Source of the DNA: a virus
Taxonomy: Duplodnaviria > Caudoviricetes
Strand: one strand, 5' to 3'
Virus record (IMG/VR): IMGVR_UViG_2910903598_000004
Span: 55,964 to 119,963 of that record
DNA: 64,000 bases
The notes beneath the pieces are model-generated. The model was not told the DNA's origin and did no database searches. It saw nothing but the letters and a program-made list of their open reading frames with translations. This document shows positions 18,819-29,250 of the stretch, in pieces (the stretch's first letter is position 1; each line of letters begins with the position of its first letter). The translations under genes and the position numbers were made by a program.

Positions 18819-21563
18819 TTATTGCTTGCTGCTATATAATATTGTATTTTTCAATTCCTTTTCTTTTTCAGTTACCACAGAAGTTTCATTGACTTTATAT
18901 AAAACATCCTGCTTTGTTTGATTGATCTCTTCCTCATTAATACCATCATCAATAAATCGCTCTCGGTAAGTATCAATAGAATTTACCGTTAACTTGTATA
19001 ATTCTAAGGATGCAACAGTGTTTGAATTTCCTATTTCTAATAGATCCTTAAGGTTATTATAATATTTCTTATAAACTCCTTTATCTGTTCCTTCCTTTAC
19101 ATTTAATGTGATCTCTTGATTAAATTTTCCAATCTCACAATAAATTTTGGCAATTCTATGATGCTTTGCTGTGCTTTTGTATTTCAAAGAATCTTCAAAC
19201 CATTGAACAGCACTTTTCATTCTTGTGATTTCTTCATTATTCATATCATCATATTCATAGTAATACCAATATGCCTTTCCAATTTCATAAGACAAGTTTC
19301 CATAGCCATCTCCTTTTTTTACCTTGTCCCAATTCTGATGAATCGTTTTAAGATAAGCACTTTCTTCTTTAGAACTAAATACCGCGTCCTCTAAATATAC
19401 ATCTAGCAATTTTTCGTATGCTTTTGATTCCTTTGGTAATATATCAATTGCCTGATGCAACATCTTGATTTTTTCTTTTTGGTTTGTGCTGCGATCTACA
19501 ACCTCTATAATATCATTATATTTATTTTTTTGATGAATATTATGTATGAAGAATCCCCCGACTCCTATAACTAAAAGTACAGAGCTAATGATCGCAATAC
19601 GTACACTCATTGGAATATTGATTTTAGGCATTATAAATTTTCTTTCTTTTTTTACCTTGTATTCCGTCTTAATTGGTATAGTAGCTTCTTTCTTAATATC
19701 TGGTATAGAAGAATTCTGTTCTACAAAATCTTTTATTTCACTTTCATAGATTATATTTTCTTTCTCCTGAATTACTTTTTTTATCGAGGATGATTCTATT
19801 GGCATTTCCTTTTTATTTTCAAGAATTATCTCATTGTTAGAAACAGAAGCATTTTTTATATCTTCCCCATTTTCTTCTGCAATAATAGATGCTGGAATAT
19901 CTGATAACTTTTCATCATGATTCGGTTCTTTAACAATTTCCGTTTCCTGTATTGTATTAGTTTTTTGTCTCAGATTTTCATGATTTTCCTTCTGGTTATT
20001 TATTTTTTGATGATTCAGAATCTTATTATGTTCTGTTATTTCTTTTTTGTTGGAACTATTCTCTTCTTTAGAACTCTTTTTCTTATTTTGCTCTAAATTC
20101 AAAGATTCCTTAGCATTAAGAACTTTTACTTCCTTTTTTACTGTTTTTTCATTATTCGCTTTTGGAAGTTTTATATTATTCCATGACCCTTTACTCGCAG
20201 AAGATATATTCTGAATTCTTTTTTCTTCCTGTTTATTGTGATCTTTAGGCTTCTGTGATCTAGGTTTTGGAATATGAGACTTTGGATGAATATCTTTTTC
20301 TTTAAATTTATCTTGTGGAATTATTTTTTTACTCTGTTCTTTCTCCTTTTCTATTTTTTCCATTTTACCTGATTGTGATTCAGTTTTAGATTTTGGTTTT
20401 ATATTTTGCTCTTTTTTTTCAGATTCTAAACTTTCAATATTCTTTTGACTGTTAATCTTCTCTTTCGACTTCTTAGATGAAATATGCTGCCTTTCTGATT
20501 TTTCTATTTTCGCATCTTTTTTATCTTCCGCTTCTTTTTGTTTCTTTGATGCGACTTCTGTTGATGATTCCTCTTGAAGATTTCTTTTCTTTTTTCCTTC
20601 TACTTCATCTGTTGCTAATGTTTTTTTCGTTTTAATCGCCAGTAACTCTTCTTCCGGCAGCAGGGTTTTTTCTTCATGTTCTGTTACATGATTTTCCAGA
20701 GTTTCTTCTTTTCCATACTTCTGTTTGGAATCCTTTATTTCCAGCTTTTGTCTGTTTTCCTCTGAAACAATAGGTTTTGATAGTATCTCTGCAGTATTCT
20801 CCATATTTTCACGATTTATATCCTGTTTTATCTTATAAAATTCCAATTGTTCTGGATTTGGCATAAAACGTGTTAATGTATTTTTCTTCCTGCGTGGCGG
20901 CCGTAGACTTCGATCCTGTTGATATACTATCAGATCAGTTTCTTTATATTGCTGCAACGTTGTTGCAAATGCTTTAATACCTAATACCGTCTCTCCCTTT
21001 GCACATTTAAGTATTGTAGAGTTTAAGATATAAGAAAATGATGGATCAATACTTCGAATATCATCTAACTGCTTTCTTCCTGTTACTAATTGATATAACA
21101 CATAGGATAATTGTTTTGTAATAAAACCCTCATCGCATTTTTTATACATTGAAAAGTTATACGCATTTTTAAATACCAGATTTTGATCTTTCGTAAAATA
21201 TAATTGATTCATATCAATTTCTGGATAAAAATATCCATTTGATAATGTCCACACCTGATAAATAGACAGACATAAATTTTTAATTGCATTTACCGCAAAA
21301 TCAATGTCATATGGTATCGTATCTAAATGTGATCCTTCGAATTCTTTATATATAAAACATGCTTTATCTTCCCACTGAAATTGATTAATCAGACTTGGAA
21401 ATCCGATAAGATCATAATTTTTAATACCCAACAAATCTAATTGTTCAGATATTGTCATAATATAATCATCTGCTGTTTCAAACATTGTATCTATTACAAT
21501 AGCTGCATCTTTTCCATATGTCTTTAAAACCTCATATTGCCCGATTTTTTGGCTTATTTGCAT
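18819..21563 (-). CDS. Membrane-anchored protein: degenerate Ser/Thr-kinase-like N-terminus, long K/E-rich linker, one TM, helical (TPR-like) C-terminus
   Basis: IGQYEVLK, LYQLVTG, IDPSFS..LNSTILKC resemble kinase subdomains but no HRD/DFG; TM IAIISSVLLVIGVGGFFI. Confidence 0.6.
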   Translation of the reverse strand: MQISQKIGQYEVLKTYGKDAAIVIDTMFETADDYIMTISEQLDLLGIKNYDLIGFPSLINQFQWEDKACFIYKEFEGSHLDTIPYDIDFAVNAIKNLCLSIYQVWTLSNGYFYPEIDMNQLYFTKDQNLVFKNAYNFSMYKKCDEGFITKQLSYVLYQLVTGRKQLDDIRSIDPSFSYILNSTILKCAKGETVLGIKAFATTLQQYKETDLIVYQQDRSLRPPRRKKNTLTRFMPNPEQLEFYKIKQDINRENMENTAEILSKPIVSEENRQKLEIKDSKQKYGKEETLENHVTEHEEKTLLPEEELLAIKTKKTLATDEVEGKKKRNLQEESSTEVASKKQKEAEDKKDAKIEKSERQHISSKKSKEKINSQKNIESLESEKKEQNIKPKSKTESQSGKMEKIEKEKEQSKKIIPQDKFKEKDIHPKSHIPKPRSQKPKDHNKQEEKRIQNISSASKGSWNNIKLPKANNEKTVKKEVKVLNAKESLNLEQNKKKSSKEENSSNKKEITEHNKILNHQKINNQKENHENLRQKTNTIQETEIVKEPNHDEKLSDIPASIIAEENGEDIKNASVSNNEIILENKKEMPIESSSIKKVIQEKENIIYESEIKDFVEQNSSIPDIKKEATIPIKTEYKVKKERKFIMPKINIPMSVRIAIISSVLLVIGVGGFFIHNIHQKNKYNDIIEVVDRSTNQKEKIKMLHQAIDILPKESKAYEKLLDVYLEDAVFSSKEESAYLKTIHQNWDKVKKGDGYGNLSYEIGKAYWYYYEYDDMNNEEITRMKSAVQWFEDSLKYKSTAKHHRIAKIYCEIGKFNQEITLNVKEGTDKGVYKKYYNNLKDLLEIGNSNTVASLELYKLTVNSIDTYRERFIDDGINEEEINQTKQDVLYKVNETSVVTEKEKELKNTILYSSKQ

Positions 21564-21670
21564 TTTCTTTCCCCTTTCTAACAAAACATCATCTTGGTAT
21601 TGATGATGCTTTGTTATCTTTTTTCTTTTCGTGTAAATTGCATATTTAACACATTCTATGCAATTTACAC

Positions 21671-22351
21671 TTATTTTTTATTTTTTTCAATTTGTACATC
21701 ACTGTCATTACTCGTCACATTTTCTTCAAATCCATCTGATGATGTGATTGTAAATTCTCTATTCGGTACAAAAGGAATATCATACGTTGTATAATTATCA
21801 TCCACTACACCATTACTCTTCTCTATGTAATCACTTGTAACTTCGATTCCATTAATGTACGTCGTAAGACTTTTTTCTGCTTTATACTTATAATTTGATA
21901 CATAGATATCTGGCATATAGATTTTCCAATCATTATTCCTATCCTGAACAAGTATAATTTCATAATCCTCGGAATCTTCTGTTGTATACGTTAGTTTTCT
22001 TGTAGTTGCATTATTATTATCTGAATCATCAATTACCGTATTGTCTTTTTCCATATTGGTTAACACAATCTGCTTCTTTGACATTCCTACGATATCCTCA
22101 AGATTACTTCTTTCAATATACCAAGATACATCATCATCTTTAATAAATGTGCTGTCTGGAATATAAATATATGACTTAATATCTTTGTAGTCCTCTTTTT
22201 GGACCTTTTTCACAAATTTATCAGACACTTTTTTTGCTTTCTTTTCCTGTATATTTTGAGGTGTATAAATTTCTTTACTTCCACTAGAACACCCTGTTAA
22301 AACTGTCATAATACCCATAACACATAAAAATAATACAATTTTTTTCTTCAT
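21671..22351 (-). CDS. Lipoprotein
   Basis: MKKK + hydrophobic segment + LTGC lipobox. Confidence 0.8.
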   Translation of the reverse strand: MKKKIVLFLCVMGIMTVLTGCSSGSKEIYTPQNIQEKKAKKVSDKFVKKVQKEDYKDIKSYIYIPDSTFIKDDDVSWYIERSNLEDIVGMSKKQIVLTNMEKDNTVIDDSDNNNATTRKLTYTTEDSEDYEIILVQDRNNDWKIYMPDIYVSNYKYKAEKSLTTYINGIEVTSDYIEKSNGVVDDNYTTYDIPFVPNREFTITSSDGFEENVTSNDSDVQIEKNKK

Positions 22352-24447
22352 CGAATAATACCTTCCTTTAAAAATTCTGTTGTGATTCTTACATAACCAT
22401 GATTAGTTACAATACTTCCATCCTCTGCTTCTTCCAACATGACTTTCACATTGAAGCTTTTACCTTTTTTGGATTTACAATTTAACAAATCCACACTTCC
22501 CTGCGTGAAAAGTTCTGCTACCATATTTCGATCAACTTTTTTCTTGACAGCTGCAAAATATGGATGATCTTTCAGCATGATCAAATCATTATTCTCACAC
22601 TGAAACCCTGATACAGATTCCAAAACTCTTCCTCTGCAAATCGGACATCTACAAATGACAGGTAAGAAATTCTGATCTCGTTTTTCAAACATATGATTTA
22701 CATCTTCATAAATAAGCTGTAATGCCTTCTTAATTGAAATCTGGCCTGTCCCAACTTCTCTTTGTAATACGCCCATTTTAACAGTGCTTTCCTTACTCAA
22801 ATCAATTCCTAGTTTAAATAGAGAATTAATATAGAAGATTCCTTTTTGTTCAATCCGATAAATATCTTTCTTTAATGAGATATATCCTGATTTTTGAGCT
22901 TTATTAATAATTTCTGCTCGCGTTGATGTTTTTCCGATTGTTGCACCCTTTCGTATATTTGCATACATTGTATCTTCATCTTCGATCTCTTCATCTTTCG
23001 CAAATGGATTATCCATAAATTTTACCAATGTATCTGTTGTATAATGTTTTGGTGGTGTTGTCATCTTCTTCTCCGGCTGAAAGTTTATCGGAATATTATC
23101 ACCTTTTTGAAAATCAGGTATCTCACGATCATTTGTTCTAAGATTTTTTACCTGTTTCCATCCTTTACTGATATAAATATCTCCTTGTATTCTGAATTTT
23201 TCATTCAAACATTGGATATCGAGTGTTGTACGATGCACCATACATTCTTCCGAGAAAAACACTTCGTGGAAACGATCTACGATTTCTTTATAGACAATCT
23301 GTTCTTTTTGATTTAGCTTATTCATATCTGGAATCTTACCTGTTGGCACCAATGCACTATGAGCAATGACCTTTTTATCATTAAAGATCTTATTACTATC
23401 TTTAAATGCAAGATCTACACCACTGCCTTGAAGTGACTGTATGATTTTTTTTATTTTATTTTTTTCTTCACTTTTCAGATATTCCGACTCTGTTCTTGGA
23501 TAACTGGCATATCCATTTTCATACAATGATTGTACTGTTTTTAACGTATCAGACGGTGACATCTTATAATACTTTCCCATCCATCCCTGTAATGTATTCT
23601 GGCTGAATAATTTAGGTGCCTGGATTACTGTTTTTCTTCGATTCATAGCTATTACTTTAGCTCCTGCCCGATTATATTGATCCGCAACTTTTGATGCTTC
23701 TTCTTCTGTTTTAAATGTTGTCTTAGATGTTAATGTAAGTCCTTCCTTACTCACATTTTGGAAATATGGCTGCGGAACAAAATTTTGTATCTCATAATCT
23801 CTTTTAAATATCTCAAATACAATAGCTGTGATTACTCGTCCTACATGAAAACAATCTTTTCCAGTTGTTCCGAATTTCAATGATGCATATCTGGAAGCGT
23901 TGATCCCGTAGAGCCAGTCATAAAAAGCACGGAACCTTCCCTCCAATGCCATTGCTTTATATTCCGGAGAATTATTTGGTTTCATTTTCTGCAATGCTTC
24001 TTTAAACTCGTCAACAGTATTGGAATCTTGGATTAAACGATATACTGGCTTAGTACATTTAGCATAATGCAGCACGTTATCTACCAGTACCTGTCCTTCA
24101 TCATCACTATCTCCTACATGGATCACGGCATCTGCCCATTCAATTCCTTTTACGATATCATCAAATATTTTTTTCGCACTCGTCCCTCCGGTAGTTTTTT
24201 GCATCAATTTGTATCGAAAAGTCTTTGGAAAAAATGGTAATGCATCAAGATCCCATCCTTTTTTCTTTGATGGATACTCTGGATAATCTTCCATATTAAA
24301 TAATTCAAAAATGTGTCCACTTAGAGCATGAATCTGATAGTGTTCGCCGTAATAATTACGCCCTCTTTTTACGAGCTTTTCTGGTAATGCTTCTGCAAGA
24401 TTTTCCATAATACTACTTTTCTCGCATATTGCAATGTATTTCTTCAT
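22348..24447 (-). CDS. topB: Type IA DNA topoisomerase (topoisomerase III-like)
   Basis: TOPRIM ICEK..., LSGHIFEL, GDSDDEG; HVGRV; catalytic SYPRTES; C-terminal CPIC Zn ribbon; start at RBS-preceded MKKYIAICEK. Confidence 0.9.
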   Translation of the reverse strand: MKKYIAICEKSSIMENLAEALPEKLVKRGRNYYGEHYQIHALSGHIFELFNMEDYPEYPSKKKGWDLDALPFFPKTFRYKLMQKTTGGTSAKKIFDDIVKGIEWADAVIHVGDSDDEGQVLVDNVLHYAKCTKPVYRLIQDSNTVDEFKEALQKMKPNNSPEYKAMALEGRFRAFYDWLYGINASRYASLKFGTTGKDCFHVGRVITAIVFEIFKRDYEIQNFVPQPYFQNVSKEGLTLTSKTTFKTEEEASKVADQYNRAGAKVIAMNRRKTVIQAPKLFSQNTLQGWMGKYYKMSPSDTLKTVQSLYENGYASYPRTESEYLKSEEKNKIKKIIQSLQGSGVDLAFKDSNKIFNDKKVIAHSALVPTGKIPDMNKLNQKEQIVYKEIVDRFHEVFFSEECMVHRTTLDIQCLNEKFRIQGDIYISKGWKQVKNLRTNDREIPDFQKGDNIPINFQPEKKMTTPPKHYTTDTLVKFMDNPFAKDEEIEDEDTMYANIRKGATIGKTSTRAEIINKAQKSGYISLKKDIYRIEQKGIFYINSLFKLGIDLSKESTVKMGVLQREVGTGQISIKKALQLIYEDVNHMFEKRDQNFLPVICRCPICRGRVLESVSGFQCENNDLIMLKDHPYFAAVKKKVDRNMVAELFTQGSVDLLNCKSKKGKSFNVKVMLEEAEDGSIVTNHGYVRITTEFLKEGIIR

Positions 24448-24473
24448 GACCTTCCTCCTTCTATTTTGACATA

Positions 24474-24507
24474 AAAAAAGACCCAGGACCCGAAGGTTTC
24501 CTGAGTT
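24474..24507 (-). terminator. Terminator/attenuator hairpin between promoter (TGTTATAAT ~24569-24577) and topB
   Basis: ACTCAGGAAACCTTCGGGTCCTGGGTC followed by T7. Confidence 0.6.
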
Positions 24508-24714
24508 CATTCCTAATTTTATGAATTTTGATAGGATTATAAAACTATCTCATAATCCACTCTATATATTATAACATAAATACTACCATATGAGTAGCAT
24601 TATCATCTCATTTTTATATTATATATTTTCGCTCATTCTTGTCATAATTCAATTATACCAAACATGTTTATGAATAAAAAAAGCTGCCACAATTCAATGT
24701 GACAGCTGAAAAAA

Positions 24715-26763
24715 CTAAAGTTTTTTAATAATATTTTTTGTGATAGCATATTCAAAATTAAATTTCATAGTTCTGTTCTTTTCAGGAAATTCAATCTGAA
24801 TATATTTACTATCAGTATTTACAATTCTTCCTTTTCCAAAGGCTTTGTGTAAGATCATATCTCCTACTTTAAAATCAGCTTTTGCTAATTGAGACTGGGA
24901 AACAAACTGAGATGCATTTTTGTTATTATATAAAATAATAACCTGATCTTTTGCTCTAGTGATCGCCACATACATCAATCTTCGTTCTTCTTCAATATCA
25001 GTTTTTTCATCAACCTTCCGATATGGAAGATTTTCTTCATTGACATCAAAAATGATAACCCGCTGATATTCTAACCCTTTACTTGAATGAATTGTAGTTA
25101 AAGCAACTTTGCCAACTCGATCCTGATTCTTATATGCATCCTGAATCATTCTGGTGTACTGCTCAATTCCGTTCTTTAAATTATCCATCGTATCATATTT
25201 TCGGAAGAAAATGTAAAGCTGATTTGTTGTTTCCTTTAAATCATCAATATCTTCTTCGGTCATATGCATAATCTTAGAACAATTATTCAAATGCTTTTTA
25301 TAATTAATTCCTTCCTCTGAAAAAATATATTGAATCATCTTGCTAGGAGTACCTAACTCTTTTAAAATATGCAGATCTTCTTCCAGTTTCAGCAAATTTT
25401 CATATACATAGCTCTTATTACTATCCGCATTTGCATATATACTTTTCAATTGTGCTAAAGTTGTACTAGGCTTTACATACCTCTTCTCTACATATCGCAC
25501 TGGCCGATTCACAATCTCGTAAAGATTTTTCTCATTACCCATTGCGACCTCAAAATATGCCATAATCTGTTTTGCAACAAAATGATCTAACATATTGCGT
25601 AAAGGCTCTAAGGAATAAAAAGGAATCTCACTATCAATCAGCTTTCCGGCAAATTTTTCAACAGAACGATTGGTTCGGAATAAACACGCTGTATCTCCAT
25701 AAGGTACATTCCCAATCATTGCAGCCTGTTTATCATTACCTAACAATACATTCTTTACATAATTACATTCTTCGCTGTACTTATCATACGCATGAAAGAT
25801 AACATCTGCATCTGTTGGATTTTCTGTTCTAGCTGCTAAAATCCTCTTATTATAACGATTCTTATTAAAAGATATTAGACGATTTGAAGCTTGAACAATA
25901 TTTTCTTTACATCGATAATTTAATGGCAGCTGAATAACCTTTGCATGTTCAAATTCTTTTGGAAACTGTAACATGATACTTGGTTCTGAACCTCTGAATC
26001 CATAAATTGACTGATCATCATCCCCTACACAGAACAAATTATTCCTTGGTTCTGCCAGTAACATGATAATATCATTTTGGATTGGATTAGTATCCTGATA
26101 TTCGTCAACCATAATATACCGATATAAATCCCTGTAATAATCCAGAACATCCGATTTCTCTTTAAAGAGATTATAAGTAAGAAGTAACATATCAGTAAAA
26201 TCAATCATATGCTTTTGCTGCATATAATTCTGATAATACTGATAAAATTGCCATGCTGTATCTGCAGACATGTTTTTCAATTCTAACTCTTTTTCCGAAA
26301 TCTCTTTTACATCTTTAATTCGATGATTTTTGATCAATTCGATATTCAAAATAATTTCCTTGGTCTTATCCATACACTCCTGGAAACCAGAACCTAAATA
26401 ATGATCAAGTTCTGTAGCTGCTCTTTGAATAATATCTGTCTGCACTCTTGGCGAAACAATATTTTTGTAAGAATAGCCTCCATGTTTTACTAAAATTCTT
26501 AGAAAAACACTATGAAATGTTCCGAATGTAACCTGATTTCTTTTAGGCATCATAGCATGGAAACGTTCTTCCATTTCTTTTGCTGCTGCCTTTGTAAATG
26601 TAAGCACTAAAATGTTCTTTGGATTGACTTCTCTGTTCATGATCAGATTTTTAATACGATATGTTAATACTGTAGTCTTTCCTGACCCTGCACCAGCCAA
26701 CACCAACATAGGTCCTTTCTTATGTCTGATTGCAGCTACCTGAGCTTCATTAAATTCTCCCAT
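24715..26763 (-). CDS. pcrA: UvrD/PcrA SF1 helicase
   Basis: FNEAQ, LAGAGSGKT, LTFTKAAA, VDEYQD, VGDDDQSIYGFRG, NYRC, TIHSSKGLEY, EERRLMYVAITRA; start MGEFN after AAAGGAG. Confidence 0.92.
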   Translation of the reverse strand: MGEFNEAQVAAIRHKKGPMLVLAGAGSGKTTVLTYRIKNLIMNREVNPKNILVLTFTKAAAKEMEERFHAMMPKRNQVTFGTFHSVFLRILVKHGGYSYKNIVSPRVQTDIIQRAATELDHYLGSGFQECMDKTKEIILNIELIKNHRIKDVKEISEKELELKNMSADTAWQFYQYYQNYMQQKHMIDFTDMLLLTYNLFKEKSDVLDYYRDLYRYIMVDEYQDTNPIQNDIIMLLAEPRNNLFCVGDDDQSIYGFRGSEPSIMLQFPKEFEHAKVIQLPLNYRCKENIVQASNRLISFNKNRYNKRILAARTENPTDADVIFHAYDKYSEECNYVKNVLLGNDKQAAMIGNVPYGDTACLFRTNRSVEKFAGKLIDSEIPFYSLEPLRNMLDHFVAKQIMAYFEVAMGNEKNLYEIVNRPVRYVEKRYVKPSTTLAQLKSIYANADSNKSYVYENLLKLEEDLHILKELGTPSKMIQYIFSEEGINYKKHLNNCSKIMHMTEEDIDDLKETTNQLYIFFRKYDTMDNLKNGIEQYTRMIQDAYKNQDRVGKVALTTIHSSKGLEYQRVIIFDVNEENLPYRKVDEKTDIEEERRLMYVAITRAKDQVIILYNNKNASQFVSQSQLAKADFKVGDMILHKAFGKGRIVNTDSKYIQIEFPEKNRTMKFNFEYAITKNIIKKL

Positions 26764-27175
26764 TTTGTTCTCCTTTATCTTTTGAAGCAATCCCATTTGT
26801 TTTAGGATCACCTTCTGTTTTTGGTTCATTCCATACAGTTGTAACATTCCATTCCATAAACCATGGATTATTATAATCAACCTGTTCAATTCTAGCGAAA
26901 TGGCCATCATCTGAAATCTGTCGTAATAATTCATCTGCTTCAACCGGAATATTATGCTCTTCTCTTTCTTTCATTGTTATTTGCCACTCTTCATTATACT
27001 GTTCTCTAATGAATTTAACTGCTGCTTCTTCTGACTCAAACATATATAATGGACTTTCCTGTGAAAAGCTATAATAGACTGATACATAATAAGCCTGTTT
27101 GCTTTTGACCGGAGTTTGAGATGTTTTTATATTTACATGTTCAAATCCACTATGTTTTTCAAATTTATTACTCAT
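26750..27175 (-). CDS. Hypothetical protein
   Basis: 141-aa ORF with RBS. Confidence 0.65.
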   Translation of the reverse strand: MSNKFEKHSGFEHVNIKTSQTPVKSKQAYYVSVYYSFSQESPLYMFESEEAAVKFIREQYNEEWQITMKEREEHNIPVEADELLRQISDDGHFARIEQVDYNNPWFMEWNVTTVWNEPKTEGDPKTNGIASKDKGEQNGRI

Positions 27176-27188
27176 ATGATTTTCTCCT

Positions 27189-27851
27189 TTACTGGCAATG
27201 TGTTGTAAGCGTATTAGCTAAACGATTTTGATCAACAATCCAATCTGTTCTATAGTTATAGATTGGACAATACGCATTATACAAACTCCCTTTCATTGTA
27301 TTTATTTCTTTAAATGTAAAATTTAAAGAATTTCTAATTTGATCGATTAATTCAACATTTGTTTTGCATTCTCTTCTAAGGCATCTATTTTTTCTAATTT
27401 TCCTATAATATCGAATATAAGAAATTAAATTCACATGTGATCCTTCTATCATATGCATTAAATCTGTCAACTCTTTATCGCATTGTGAAATCATATTAAG
27501 ATTTTCATGATATTCCTTATTTAACTGCGGTAATAGAGTTACGAGATCATCCATAAATGTAACCCATTTAGAAGGTTTGTTTTTTGCCAATGGAAACATT
27601 AAGGAACAGAAAATTTTTTCTGTTCCTCCGTTTTGTTCCATATGAATAAAGTCATCTTTTTTTACAAGTAAAAATTTTGATGATTTTCTTTTTGTCATTT
27701 TACAAAGTGCTTCTGAAATTTCTCGTTTTCTATAAAATGGAACATTTTCTCCATTCTTAGCTTTCTTCACACACCCTTCTTCATCAATTTCATAAATTTC
27801 ACCATTCTTAATTAAAACATATGTATTCACTTTATACTCATTCTTATTCAT
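27189..27851 (-). CDS. Hypothetical protein
   Basis: 220-aa ORF with RBS. Confidence 0.7.
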   Translation of the reverse strand: MNKNEYKVNTYVLIKNGEIYEIDEEGCVKKAKNGENVPFYRKREISEALCKMTKRKSSKFLLVKKDDFIHMEQNGGTEKIFCSLMFPLAKNKPSKWVTFMDDLVTLLPQLNKEYHENLNMISQCDKELTDLMHMIEGSHVNLISYIRYYRKIRKNRCLRRECKTNVELIDQIRNSLNFTFKEINTMKGSLYNAYCPIYNYRTDWIVDQNRLANTLTTHCQ

Positions 27852-27912
27852 ATTATTTTCCTTTCTACTATTCTAAATTATTCTCATTCATCATTTTTTC
27901 TTTAGGACTTTC

Positions 27913-29064
27913 CTATTTCCTTTTTAATAATGCAATAGCATAAGTGGAATCTGTAACTACTTCATCATCTCCATTTTTTACAAGCATTGGAATCCTTTCA
28001 TCTGCTGCATCAAATCTAATCTCCGTATTTTCACAATCCATGGCATTCAAAACTTCTAATAAATAGCTTCCATTAAGGCAAATCTCCGCATCTTTTCCAT
28101 CAATGATTGCTTCAATATCTTCATTAATAGATCCTCTATCACTCTTGCCCTGGATATTTAATAAATTCGTTTCTTTGTTTGCTTTTAACAAAATACGAAT
28201 CATTTTTCGATCCGTTGATAATAAACATGCACGTTTAATAGTTCCTAAAATCAGATTTTTAGCTACGTTAACTTTTGTCAGATCTTTATTAGTTTCTATT
28301 TTCTTTAAAGTAGTATTGATTGTAAGTTCCTTTGCATTTACAATACGCAGTGAAATAAAAGTATAATCATCTGCTAGATACATGAATTTATCATCCGCAA
28401 AAATCTGAATTTCTTTATTCTGAAATGCGTTGATTGCTTCATTAATATCTTCTGCATAAATCAATACATTGAAATCAGCACCATTATTTTCATGTGTTTT
28501 TAAACAACTTGAAAAAAGATAAGGATTTGCTGCATAAATTTTAATATCATCTTTTGCACAATGAATTGCAAGACATTTCATTGCTTCTTGTCCTACAGAT
28601 ACAGAATCATCTTTTCGTACTGATACAAATGCAGTGGCACGAACCATGCGACGTAAATCATTCGCTTCGATCGTAACAAAGTTTTCATCTACCCCTTTCT
28701 TAGTAGGCATTGGAAACATATCTGCTCCTTCAATTGTCTCAAGCTTGAATTCAGATTTCTCATATCTTAAAACAAGACCATTTTCGGCATCAAACTCAAC
28801 TTCTGTTACAGATTTTGGAAGCTGTTTTAACAAATCCATCATAAATGAAGGATCTATTAAAAACTTCTTTTCCTCAGTTTCTTCAAAAACGAAACTATTT
28901 GGTGGCATATTGGTAATAACAGACATTCCATCATTCATACCAACAAGAGAAATTCCTGAATTTTTGATTTCTACCAGAGTTTTAGATGTTATATCTGCTT
29001 TCTTTGAAATACCTTTTTTTGCAATCTGCAGTGCTGCTTCAAATAATTTTCTATCAATTTTCAT
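27913..29064 (-). CDS. dnaN: DNA polymerase III beta sliding clamp (divergent)
   Basis: 383 aa; MKIDRK.F..AL, ADMFP, L...IKRA.L, GSINEDI, ICLNGSYLLEVLNAM three-domain clamp pattern; adjacent to dnaX. Confidence 0.8.
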   Translation of the reverse strand: MKIDRKLFEAALQIAKKGISKKADITSKTLVEIKNSGISLVGMNDGMSVITNMPPNSFVFEETEEKKFLIDPSFMMDLLKQLPKSVTEVEFDAENGLVLRYEKSEFKLETIEGADMFPMPTKKGVDENFVTIEANDLRRMVRATAFVSVRKDDSVSVGQEAMKCLAIHCAKDDIKIYAANPYLFSSCLKTHENNGADFNVLIYAEDINEAINAFQNKEIQIFADDKFMYLADDYTFISLRIVNAKELTINTTLKKIETNKDLTKVNVAKNLILGTIKRACLLSTDRKMIRILLKANKETNLLNIQGKSDRGSINEDIEAIIDGKDAEICLNGSYLLEVLNAMDCENTEIRFDAADERIPMLVKNGDDEVVTDSTYAIALLKRK

Positions 29065-29078
29065 AATAAAATTCTCCT

Positions 29079-29228
29079 TTAATTTTCTTTAATTTCTTTC
29101 TCAGTGATCACTTGCAGCACGATCAGTACCACAAGTAATACACATTTTGTTGTTGTTTCTTGTAAAAAAATAATGGCCAACACAATAAGTGCCATTGCCA
29201 TTAATAATAGTTCAACTTTTCTTTTCAT
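29079..29228 (-). CDS. Small membrane peptide (49 aa, two hydrophobic segments)
   Basis: GAGG RBS; MKRKVELLLMAMALIVLAIIFLQ...CVLLVVLIVLQVI; below the ORF-track cutoff. Confidence 0.45.
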   Translation of the reverse strand: MKRKVELLLMAMALIVLAIIFLQETTTKCVLLVVLIVLQVITEKEIKEN

Positions 29229-29250
29229 TTTTATCCTCTTTTTCTATGAT

